A DNA stretch of 64,000 nucleotides. Origin: Octopus vulgaris. Taxonomy: Eukaryota. Shown piece after piece: positions 53,047 to 64,000 of this stretch. The notes under the pieces were generated by a model that did no database searches, was not told the origin of the DNA, and saw only the letters and a list, made by a program, of their open reading frames with translations. Where the stretch lies: contig OX597818.1 of NCBI GenBank assembly GCA_951406725.2, forward strand, positions 11,222,001 to 11,286,000, in the 5' to 3' direction. Each line of letters begins with the position of its first letter. The stretch's first letter is position 1. Made by a program: the position numbers and the translations under genes.

Positions 53047-53430
53047 AGGCACAGGCATGGCTGTGTGGTAAGAAGCTTGCTTCCCAATCACATGGTTCTG
53101 TGTTCAGTCTTATTGCGTGGCACCTTGAGCAAGTGTCTTCCACTATAACTTCAGGCCAACCAAAGCCTTATATATATATATGTGTGTGTGTGTGTGTGAG
53201 TATTATATATGTATGTATATATATGTGTGTGTGTGTGTGTGAGCATATATTTATGTCTGTGTTTGTCCACTGCCTGACAACCGGTGTTAGTGTGCTTATG
53301 TCCTTGTAACTTAGCGGTTCAGCAGAAGAGACCAACAGAATAAGTACCAGACTTTTAAGAAATAAAAATAACAAGTACTGAGATTGATTCATTCAACTAA
53401 AAATTCATCAAGGTGATGCCTTAGTATGGC
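53047..53430 (+). mobile_element. SINE family A copy
   Basis: Family A consensus, preceded by a family-H head. Confidence 0.8.
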
Positions 53431-53987
53431 ATTTTAGTTTGGTGCATGTTCTAGTAGCAGTAGCTTCCCAATTGATGGTGTTGTTAGTGTTGTAGAGGCC
53501 TCACTGTGGGCAGTGGTGGAAGACTGGCTGTAGGTTGGCAGCACTGGTGGTGATTACTGTAGTAGTAGTCAGTGATTGTAGTAATGGTAAATGCTATGGT
53601 AGCAGTTGGTGAAGGCATTGTCTACATTGGTGTTGTTGGTGATGGTGGCAAATGCCATGGTAGTATTTGGTGGTGGTATTGGTGGTGTATGTCCTTGTAG
53701 TAATCTTTGGAAAGTTGCTACTCACCAGATATATGCCATATGATTGCATATGAAGATAACAGGTCATATTACATACAAATGCACAGAGAGAATTAAATAT
53801 CTTCTTGTACTTTTAGCTGTGTAGCGCTGAGCAGAATTACAGTTAAAAATTTGCCCAGCCTTATTTATCAAATGCAGGTTTACATTCACAAGTACATTGT
53901 ATCAGAAAGGACCATGATGAAAGGTTAGGAGCTGACACTCATCAAACCCATACCAGTACTGAAATATTGACATTAATTGATTATGAT

Positions 53988-54278
53988 CATTGGTTCTCAA
54001 CCAGGGTCCATATAAGATTTTTATGAGGTCCAACACATCAAAATAGTAAATTAGGGATCCACAATAGTATTTTAAGGGCCTCTGAAAAACATTTTGCTTC
54101 AGATGTATGTATTGGTATGTATTGCTGCAAAAAACAGCTGGGTTTCTCTCTTTACATAGTTCAACCTTCACAATGTAAAAAAAAAAAAAAACTTTAAAAA
54201 ATAGTTTTAAACACCAAATGACAAGAATAAAATAGTATTTAAAGAGGTCCATAGATAAAAGATGGTTGAGAACCCTTG
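53988..54278. mobile_element. hAT-type MITE related to 28805-29026
   Basis: Ends CATTGGTTCTCAACCA / TGGTTGAGAACCCTTG. Confidence 0.65.
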
Positions 54279-54896
54279 GATTGTGGTGATAATTACACAC
54301 ACACATGTCTTTATAAGAAGCTGATGATCCCCTTTGTTGCCACTCAGTTATTTTTGCCTTATGAAAGGATTCAGGCAAAAATTATTTTCAAACTTCTTGT
54401 CATCTGAATGATCACGTATGACAAGAAATTCTGAGTTGGGGCACAGTGAATCAATCCTATATGAATATGGACATAGAGTCAGTGACATGTATTGAGTACT
54501 TTTTCAGACATGTGTGTGTGTGTGTGTGGTTGAAGACGTTTGCTTCCCAACTATGTGGTTTCAAGTTCAGTCCCACTATGTAGAACCTTGGGCAGATGAT
54601 GTCTTCTGTAGCTCTAAGGTGACCAAACTTGTATGTGGATTTAGTAGACAGAAGCCAAAAGGCTGGTCATGTATATAAGTATTGATTTCAAATTTTGGCA
54701 CAAGGGTAGCAGTTTTGGGGGAGTGGATAAGCCAATGACTTTGACCCCACTTGCTCAGTTGATACTTATTTTATTGACCCCAAAAGGATGAAAGTCAAAG
54801 TTGACCCCAGTGGAATTTGAACTCAGAACGTAGACATGGGCAAAATGCTGCTAAGTATTTTGTCTGGTGCAGTAACAATTCTGCCAGCTCACCACC

Positions 54897-54929
<33 letters not shown>

Positions 54930-54930
<1 letters not shown>

Positions 54931-55200
54931 CGCCTTACTGGCACATGTAAAAAGATTTGAGCGAGGTCATTGCCAGTACTGCCTGACTGGCCCCCGTGCC
55001 AGTAGCACGTAAAAGGCACCCACTACACTCTCAGAGTGATTGGCGTTAGGAAGGGCATCCAGCTGTAGAAACTCTGCCAGATCAAGATTGGAGCCTGGTG
55101 CAGCCATCTGGTTTGCCAGCCCTCAGTCAAAACTGTCCAACCCATGCTAGCGTGGAAAGCAGACGTTAAACGATGATGATGATGATGATCATCATCATCA
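54930..55200 (+). mobile_element. Young SINE-like family C copy
   Basis: GGCGTTAGGAAGGGCATCCAGCTGTAGAAAC..GACGTTAAACGATGATGATG. Confidence 0.8.
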
Positions 55201-55805
55201 TTATATATATATATATATGACTAATAGAATGGACTAACATATTTTGTTGCATAATATTACAATTGTTTCATCACCATTTTACTAGAAGATCATTGCAGAA
55301 ATATTATTACATAATACATGAAACAACACATCATATTGATATTATTCCAGCAATACTGGCAAGGGGCAATTTTGCAGGTTTATCAATGAAACTGGTTTGC
55401 TAAACTGAACTTTATCCTACTTAGTATATACCTCACATTGATAATGTTATAATCACAGTTTAAACAAAAAAATAAACTTGAGTACATTCTAAGCTACAAC
55501 ATAAATTGATCTGTCAAGAAATGGGGTGAACGAAGTAAGCAAAAAAATAAATAAATAAAAACAATTAGAAAAAGCTTATAAATAAATGAATAAAAAAATA
55601 TACAAAATACATATAATAAAACTTATCTTAATGTCTGGAGAGTTTCATATCTCTTAATTGTTAGTGTCTCCCCTAATGTCATTAGGTCGTCTGACCACAC
55701 TAGTCAACTTGAATTGAAATAAAGTGTGTGTATATATATAATATATATATAGATATGTGTGTGTATAGATAAATAGATATGTATGTGTGTGTGTGTGTAT
55801 ATATA

Positions 55806-55847
<42 letters not shown>

Positions 55848-57065
55848 CTCTCACTGCACTCTAGAGAGTGGTTAGTGTTAAAAATATTATATTTGGCCAT
55901 AGTAACAATGCCAAAGCAGAGACATTGGAGCAAGACATGGTTTGTAGACTTGTTAGATCCTGTTGATTTGTCCAATCTATACCAGCATGATTATGATAAT
56001 TATGTAGGTAAACAAGTAGACAGACTGAGAGATTGATAGACCTTGCACACACTATATTACCTATCTACCAATCTACATGAATGTATATATTACTTCACTG
56101 CCTGCATACATATAAGTACAATTTTATATGAATCTCACAATAACTAATTACAGCAATTCCCACACCCTTTCATGCACCTGTGTGCAGGTATCATTGTGTT
56201 GTTAAGAAGTTTGGAACAACATGGCCCTGAGTTTGATCTCCCCACCACAGCATCTTGCAAAGGTGTTTTACCTTAGTTTCAGGTACATTAATATCTTGTG
56301 TGTGAAGTGTAGTAGATGAAAGCCATGAAAGTTTTGTGTGTTTATCTGTATAAAATACTTTGTGATGTTTATATCTGTAAATGATAGGTGAGCTTTGGGT
56401 TTGATATAATTGGTTACGGCTCTATAAGGTCATGTGTCTGTGTGGCTGCAGTTTCATGACTGGAACCACTAAAAAACTGAAGGATATAAAATGTCTTGCA
56501 AAATATGTTTGCGCAGACATGTGTGTGTGTGTGTCCATAATATAAACATTGATGTATTTATTAGAATTTAAGCAATACTTGGTTAAGATGAGTGGCAGGA
56601 TGATGAGTAATTTTCTAATCATTCAACTTACAGAAGCTAGACTGTTCTCTAACATAGTCCAGTATCACACAGAAATTTGATGTTTAAGATTTACAACAAC
56701 CCTAGCAATTAGCTATATTATGTAAGTGGTTAAGATTTTATCTACGATGTAGGTAAAACACTTAGAAGTACAAGGAAGATAGTAGAACTAAACAACTACC
56801 TCTCCATGAAAGAAATGTTTCACCTTACAACAAATATATTCCTATGAGAGAAATTATTACAAGTATGCTCTGCAAGTTGGCCATATTTGTAAATGTCTTC
56901 TGCATATAATTTATCTAAAATCTTAACCATCTATTTTATAGCTAATTACTGTACACACACATATTTATTGGCAGCTAAAATTTTATCTATAACATATCTT
57001 CAGTTATATCTGGAAGTGGAATATCATCATCACCACCACCACCATCATCATCATCATCATTTGGT

Positions 57066-57660
57066 TTGGTGGAGTGGCAGAACTGGTAAATCAGAGGGCA
57101 AGATACCCTGTTATATTTACGTATGTCCCTTTAGATTCTATATTCAAATTTTATTGATGTCAGCTTTGCTTTCATCCTTCTTAAAATAAAAACAAGTCAA
57201 GTATAAAGTTGGTTTCATTGACCATAATGGTTTCTCCATAAATTTGAGACCTTGTGTTAATGTTGGAAATTACCATTATTTTTATTATTATTATTAAGGT
57301 GGAGAGCTAACAGAATCATTACCATGCCGGAAAATATATTTAGTGGTATTTCTTCCGTCCTTACGTTCTGAGTTGAAATTCTGCTAGGATTGGGTTTGCT
57401 TTTCATCCTTTCAGGGTCGATGGAATAAGTATCAGTTGAGCACTGGGGTCGATGTAAGCTACTGTCCCCACCACCCAATATTTCAGGCCTTGTGCCTATA
57501 GTAGAAAGTATTTCGTCTGTCTTCATGTTCCACCGATGTCGACTGTGCCTTTCATCCTTTCAAGGTCAATAAATTAAGTACCAGTCAAGTACTGGGGTCG
57601 ATATAATCAAATATTCCCTCCCCCCAAAAAATTTCAGGCCCTGTGCTTAAAGTAGAAAGA

Positions 57661-57720
<60 letters not shown>

Positions 57721-58743
57721 GTTATCATTATTATTATGAAGGTGGCAAGCTGGCAGAATCATTAGCACACCAGACAATGGCAGTTCTTCTTTTATGTTCT
57801 GAGTTCAAATTCAAATGCTGTCAAGGTCAACTTTGCCTTTCATATTTTCGGAGTTGATAAAATAAGTATTAGTTGAACAATGGAGTCAATATAATCGACT
57901 TAATTCCTCCCCTGAAATTGATGGCCTTGTGCCAAAATTTAAAACCATTATAATTGTTGTTGTTGTTGTTGCTGTTATTATTGTTATTATTATTATTAAG
58001 GTAGCAAGCTGGTAGAATCATTAGCATGTCAGGCGAAATGCTTAGTGGTATTTTGTCTGTCGCTACGTTCCAAGTTCAAATTCTGCCGAGGTCAACTTTG
58101 CCCTTCATCCTTTTAGTACCACTCAAGTACTGGGGTCGATGTAATTGATTGTTCCCCTCCCCACAAAAATCCAGGCCTTGTCCCTACAATAGAAAGGATT
58201 ATTATTATCATTGAGTGAGAGAGCAGTGCATGCCATCAAAGTGACACTGGGGTAAAATATACGAAGCCCAGTATACCCATCATGACTACCTGTCTGATAA
58301 GGGTACACCAGGCACATGCTTCAGAACCATATGTGCGCAACATATTGATCTCATATCAAGATAAACAGCACACGACCTTGCAGGTGGGGCCCTGTTAGAA
58401 TTTTCTTCTGGTCGAGTAGCCCATCCTGCCCAAAAGATCCCTGAATAAGAATTGTTTAAGGATGTTGAACAAACAACCCATGTTTCCTAAGGTGAATTAT
58501 CCAAACCTCTAAGATGCTCCCCCACTACTTCTGCTCATGATCGGAGATGCACATATCGTCAGCCACTAAGGGACATGCTCAACTGGTTAAGGCCAAACAA
58601 ATGACAAGCAAATCTGTGGTATTGAGCAGAATATTTGTTGTAGCCCATCTTTTATACCAAGACAAAACAATGTACATGATAACACTTCCAATCAGTTAAG
58701 ATCAGCAGCCACAAGAGCCACTACCTGGTACTGCATCATCATC

Positions 58744-58790
<47 letters not shown>

Positions 58791-59600
58791 CATTATTATT
58801 AACAACATGCCAAGCTGGCAGGATCATTAGTAAACTGGACACAATACTTAGTGGCATTTCTTCTTGCTTTATGTTCTGAGTTTAAATACTGCTGAGGTTG
58901 AATTTGCCTTTAATTCTCTCAGGGTTGATAAAATAAATACTAGCCAAGCAGTGGGGTTTGTGCAATCACCTTACCTAACCCACTTAAAATTGCTGCCCTT
59001 GTGCTAGGATTTGAAACCGTTATGATAGTGAGCTGATGAGATCATTACCACACCAGAAAAAAAATGCTTAACATCGTTTCTTTTGGCTCTTTATGTTCTG
59101 ATGCCACTGAAGTCAACTTTATGTTTCATCTTTTGGAGTTGATAAACTAAGTACCAGTTGAGCACTAGGGTTGATGTAATCAACTTTCCTTCCCTTCAAA
59201 ATTGCTGACCTTGTGCCAGAATTAGAAAGGATTATTATTGATACTAAAGACATGAGCTAGCAGAATTGTTAAAGTACTGAAAAATATGCTTTGCTACATC
59301 TGTTCGAGCTCTTTACATGTTGAGTTCAAATCCCTCCAAGGTCAATTTTGCTCTTCTTTCATTTGATTAACCCCTTCTCCTTAAAATTGTTGGTAGACTC
59401 AATAAAGCAGTTAACAAAGTATGATACAGTATTTAGTCATGTCCTCCTTCTAAATTTTAGGTTTAAATTCCAGCAGAGTCTTCTTTGCTTTTTATTCTTC
59501 TGGGGTTAATAAAGTAAGCAGTAATGATGTATTGGGTTTGATGAGATTGACCACTCCCCACCCCAAAGTGTACAGGCTTGTGCCAATGAAGAAAGTATAT
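57066..59600 (+). mobile_element. Head-to-tail cluster of ~9 SINE family B copies separated by (ATT)n tails, with a family D element at 58212-58740
   Basis: Heads AAGGTGGnnAGCTGGCAGAATCATTAGCA or core segments at ~57066, 57297, 57510, 57738, 57998, 58805, 59025, 59250 and 59390. Confidence 0.8.
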
Positions 59601-59827
59601 TATTAACTGCCTCTAATATCGTACCAAATCCTCAGTGTTAAAATATCTTCCCAAGGCTTTTAGTATCTCCTCTCCTGCCATCCATTACTCACTCTTTCCC
59701 ATGTTTTACTTCTGCTTCTCTTTCTCTCTATCTCTCCTTCTTCCCCCCCATTCTCTCTTTCTGTGTATCGCTTCCTTATTAGCTTTACCAGTTATTTTTA
59801 CTGTGATTTTTCCCTGTCCTTGTCCAG

Positions 59828-59860
59828 ATATGCTGTTGTACCTGCTGGCTATATGAAATG
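59828..59860 (+). CDS. robo: Candidate 33-nt Robo microexon ((R/L)YAVVPAGYMK(W/C)), phase 2-2
   Basis: Long pyrimidine tract, then TTTTCCCTGTCCTTGTCCAG|ATATGCTGTTGTACCTGCTGGCTATATGAAATG|GTGAGC; strong sites, in frame, no stop. Confidence 0.65.
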
Positions 59861-60184
59861 GTGAGCTAAACCGGTGATCAATTGCTTTCCTTTTTTTCTA
59901 TTTCAAATCACTCCTCTGCCAACACCTCTACACTGACACCATCACTGCCACCACACCTATCTTCCTACTTAGTTTATTTCATTATTTTTGTTGTTTTTTT
60001 TCTTTCTGCATTCTTCCTTTTATATCTGTTTACTTTCAGTTTTAATTCTTCTTTATTGTTGTATTCCTACCCATCTCAGCATCGTCTATTTCCTGGCAAA
60101 TTTCAAAATTTATTTTTAAGTGTTTTTTTTTCAGTTCTGTATTTTCTTATTTTTTTTAAAAACTATTTTATTATTTCTTATCAG

Positions 60185-60211
60185 TCAAGTGTTAGATGGT
60201 GTCATGTGTCT
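60185..60211 (+). CDS. robo: Candidate 27-nt Robo microexon ((R/C)QVLDGVMC(L)), phase 2-2
   Basis: TTTTATTATTTCTTATCAG|TCAAGTGTTAGATGGTGTCATGTGTCT|GTAAGC; multiple of 3, open. Confidence 0.5.
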
Positions 60212-60416
60212 GTAAGCTGTACTCTAGAAACCAAACCTGTGGGCTAGGTTTCAAATCCTCACAATTCTCTTTCTCTTAAACCTCCAATACAACAACCATT
60301 TCTTCTTCTTCTCCTTCTTCCTCCTTCCTCTTTAGAAAAAGCATGAAAAACGCAACCTCTTATCTTTCATTTTTCCTCTTTTTAAATAAACCTTTAGTCT
60401 TGTTGTTTACATAGCA

Positions 60417-60474
<58 letters not shown>

Positions 60475-60600
60475 TATTGTTGTTGTTGTTATTGATTGTT
60501 CTGTATTTCCTTATCTATACTTGTTAGTTTTTTATCATGGAAAGTTTGCAACATATTATTTATTTGAGATTTGAGTTATGTAGTAGTAGTAGTAGTAGTT

Positions 60601-60647
<47 letters not shown>

Positions 60648-60960
60648 TTTTGTCATTGCAGAATATTTTTCTTTCTTTCTATCTTTCCCCTTTTATTTTC
60701 GTTGCATTTTCCTCGTGTTTCTCTTCCAAAACCACCATGACCACCACTAGTGGAATGTTTTTATTTATATATTTATTTTGCATTCTTTTGAAATTATTAT
60801 TCACATGTTGATTATATATTCGTTTTGCATGGAAAGGTAAAATATCGCAATGATTATTGTGAACCAGTTTTCTCTACTATAGTTATTTATTCATTTATTC
60901 AATGAATTAATTTCTGTAGGCTGGAAAATAGTATTTTTCTTTCTCTCTCTTTTATTTCCT

Positions 60961-61225
60961 TTAACCCTTTCAATGCCAATCATCTTGATAGCATAACTGA
61001 TTCCATTATACAAAACCTCTCGTTTCAAAGTGTTCATATTTAAATTAACATTTCATCATAATTTTATGTAAGAACTTTTTTGCATTATGTTTCAAGCACC
61101 AGTTTGATAATGACAAAAGTTAGTTAATTTGATTAAATTCCTCCCATTTATTAATTATTTTCAAAATTAATTGAAATATATAGAAAGTGATTTTCATAAG
61201 AAATATATAATCACACGAGGGTGAA
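60961..61225. mobile_element. Probable piggyBac-type MITE, second family
   Basis: Starts TTAACCCTTT and ends in degenerate GAGGGTGAA; the interior resembles ~34900-35060. Confidence 0.45.
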
Positions 61226-61616
61226 ACAATATTATTAATTCATTTTTGTGTTTCATTTCATGATTTTTGTTTTTTTTTTAAAGTATGATCCAATTCTGCA
61301 ATGCCTTAAGCTCTCTTACAATAATTATGAATAAACAAGTAGTATAAAATTAGAAACCAAACGTTTTGTTTGAGGAAGATTCAAAATACCATTGTTGATA
61401 AAAAGAAGTGGTGTACTAGGTTATTGAAAACATTATCATTGGCTCAAGCGCTGCTCAAAAATAGTCATTGTGTTATTCTCATAAGCAGAACACATTATTC
61501 TGCTTTTCTCACTTTTTTAATATGACAATAAATTTCATTCCTTCTTCTGGATTAGTTGCTTAATCCAGGTCAGTTCCAATCAAGCTGTCACATGACCATA
61601 TTCATAAGTTTTGATT

Positions 61617-62101
61617 ATACTGTGTAACATGATTTTTGTCCTTGGGTAGCAAAACTGTTATTTCTGATTTGATTGGCCCAAAAGTATGAAAAATGGCTAA
61701 TATTTCTTTCAAACTTTGCTTTTATTACATTCATTCAAACCCTGGAGAATCTCTCTCAATAGATGGCTATGATGTTCCCCCACTGATCCTGCTCATGATC
61801 AGAAATGCACATATTGTCAGCCACTAAGGGACATGCTCAAGTGGTTAAGGTCAAGCAACTGACAAGCAAATCTGTGGTATTGAGCAGAATATTTGCCATA
61901 ACGATATTTCTGCTTCAGCAACTCGGTGCTGGATCTGTCTGAAATGTATTGGGAAATAGGTCAGTTTGGAAACATTGATGTCCAGATCACAAAAGCAAAG
62001 TTTCAAGAGAACAGTAGTCATTTGATTTCTAGGTAGAAACAAATAGAAAATAACACTTACTGGCCAAAGACAAAAAAAAAAAAAATTTGTTACGCAGTGT
62101 T
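61617..62101 (+). mobile_element. MITE family E copy
   Basis: TIRs ACTGTGTAACA / TGTTACGCAGT (10/11); interior colinear with 6115-6610. Confidence 0.7.
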
Positions 62102-63364
62102 ATTTAATCTTAGAGTATCTAAGACCACATTTCTATTGTTTACTTTTCCTTTTTTTAAAAAATATGATGGGCTGAGATTTGCAGGAGATTTTACTGCTGT
62201 TTGTAGCAAGTCTAATAATCATATAAATGTTCTTTCAAGATTGAAAAGATAACTGTGGGAAAAACATTAAACTCTGATCCTGTGTTTAAAAAATACTTAT
62301 TTTGGTAATATGAAAATATGCAAATTTACCAAAAACTTCACCACCCATGGCTTAATAGTCATGGGAAAATAGATGTGAAATAGAGACATGAATAGAAAAT
62401 GATACTGTTGATAATAAAAGTAATAAAATTATTGAAAATATGAAAAAATAGTGTACTTTTACGTGTCATCAGATGAAATAGAGACAACATTGAAGGCAGG
62501 GCTTACGATTATAGACAATATACTACCCAGAACTTCACTCTATTTCGTTTTACAGTATATCAAGTTGTACTTGTTTTCTGTTTATTTGCAACCCAATTCC
62601 AGCCAGTGTTGATTACTCTTAGCCTACTAATTTTAGTGACTAACCTTGTGAACCAATGAGGGACTTTCTATACTGTTGGTCAACTTGTTTGCATTACCAG
62701 CAAGATTTCCCTCAAATTACTCCCCCATATCTTGAATAAAGAAGGACATATTGGACAATGTAGTCTCTGATATATGACCATTGATCATAGGTCTCTTTGA
62801 TCTCTGCTGAGCTTAGGCTAAACTACAAAACCTGTCAGATGGGTGAAATTATCCAATCTTCTTCTACCCCTTATACAGTTTCTGCTATTTGAAATGAGTT
62901 TTTATTTGGGCTTTCATGTTCGATTAGAAATAGCTGGTTTCTAATGATACTTCAAATAAGTTTAATTCCTGAAACTTCTGTATTTATCTTCCATCTCTAT
63001 CTTACATTCTACCCAGAAATATATTTACCTGACAATAGTTAAACCTGCAGCCCACACACTCTCTCTCTCTCCCTCTCTCTCTCCCTCTCTCTCTCTAACT
63101 ATTTCCCCTCTTATCTATTCCTCCATCTCTCTGCTTAATCTTTTTTCTATCAATTTGTTTTGCTCTCTCTCTCTCTCTCTCTCTCTCTCCCATTCCTAAT
63201 ATTTGATATTTCTACCATATCTTTCTATCTTCTACCTACGTATCTATTAAACATAGAAATGAGAAAATCAGAGTATTGATGGCTGGAAGCTTCAATTTTA
63301 ATAAGTTAGCAAACTAATGCATAGTACTTTCACCTGTTGTAAATTTGTTCAAACAGGCACACAC

Positions 63365-63395
<31 letters not shown>

Positions 63396-63434
63396 TAGTC
63401 TCTCAAAGCATAGTTGTACTTTTCTTTTATTTAG

Positions 63435-63470
63435 GTATATAAATACTAAAGTAATCAATGCACAGCTTTG
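63435..63470 (+). CDS. robo: Candidate 36-nt Robo microexon ((R/W/L)YINTKVINAQL(W/C)), phase 2-2
   Basis: GTACTTTTCTTTTATTTAG|GTATATAAATACTAAAGTAATCAATGCACAGCTTTG|GTAAAG; multiple of 3, open. Confidence 0.5.
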
Positions 63471-63570
63471 GTAAAGGAGTGTGTAGAAAATGTCACATGT
63501 GTTAATAGCTAACTATGTAGCTACACAATTATTCAATTCTCTTTTCTATCTCTGTTTCACATCCATTCAG

Positions 63571-63611
63571 GATAACTAGTGGCCCCATTTGGATACCTTT
63601 GCAGAACTGTA
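63571..63611 (+). CDS. Possible further Robo cytoplasmic exon (ITSGPIWIPLQNC); 3' boundary uncertain
   Basis: Strong pyrimidine-rich acceptor (..TTTCACATCCATTCAG) and open in phase 2, but only weak donors (GTAGTG 63609, GTGTGT 63612). Confidence 0.3.
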
Positions 63612-64000
63612 GTGTGTTCAACCTGTCTATCTGTGTCTATGTGTGTGTGTGTGTTGGTATATTGTTGAATATTTAGCACCAAATCAACCCTGATCAAGCA
63701 AACCTACATTCAAAGCCATTTTCCACCCTGACTAGCTATCCTTTTCATTGGCACAATATATCTAGGTCCACATTAACTAGTACATCTGTCTTTTCCGAGA
63801 TGGTTGGGTATGATTTGAAAGAAATTTCACTGCTATTTTTAAGAGATCAAAATCTTTTTTTGTGTTACATGTTGTCACATCATCATCATCATCATCATCA
63901 TTTAATGTTTGTCTTCCATGCTGGCATGGGCGGGACAGTTTGACTGGAGCCGGCCAGGCAGAAGCCTGCACCCATTACCTATGTGAATATTAACATTTCC

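Noticed and set aside
55171-55200. (GAT)n(CAT)n perfect palindromes (also ~4785-4815)
   Set aside because: Explained by the microsatellite tail of family C; no evidence of function.
56713-56721. 9-nt in-frame segment with a perfect GTAAGT donor
   Set aside because: No polypyrimidine tract before the AG; too weak to call, though worth checking together with the other microexons.
57066-59600. Regularly spaced repeats suggestive of a CRISPR-like array
   Set aside because: Eukaryotic context; units are ~200-bp SINEs with microsatellite spacers, and there are no cas genes.
62556-62566. Strong-looking acceptor TTTCGTTTTACAG
   Set aside because: No good in-frame donor, and it appears to be the terminus of a DNA-transposon-like repeat (~62300-62558).

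Overview
AT-rich, microsatellite- and SINE-dense eukaryotic DNA. The repeat families match those I recognise from Octopus (coleoid cephalopod) genomes. The whole window lies inside one large plus-strand gene, a Roundabout (Robo1/2-like) axon-guidance receptor. I could assemble 11 phase-compatible exons (6847-51630, 1628 nt) encoding the second half of Ig4, Ig5, three FN3 domains, the transmembrane helix and the start of the cytoplasmic tail. The gene starts upstream and ends downstream of the window. The first complete intron is a non-canonical GC-AG intron. The most interesting signal follows the 31-nt juxtamembrane exon: a series of candidate frame-preserving phase-2/phase-2 microexons (15, 33, 27 and 36 nt) with good splice sites and open reading frames, which could combinatorially remodel the juxtamembrane signalling segment, including a junction-created ITIM-like motif. 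These are predictions from sequence only. The introns hold a decayed Tc1/mariner transposase, RTE-like and R4/Dong-like LINE remnants, an internally deleted Gypsy-like LTR element, hAT/piggyBac/Tc1-type MITEs, several SINE-like families (nested, inverted and tandemly arrayed) and many microsatellites. Most entries in the supplied ORF track are spurious. Repeat boundaries are approximate; exon boundaries were counted base by base.
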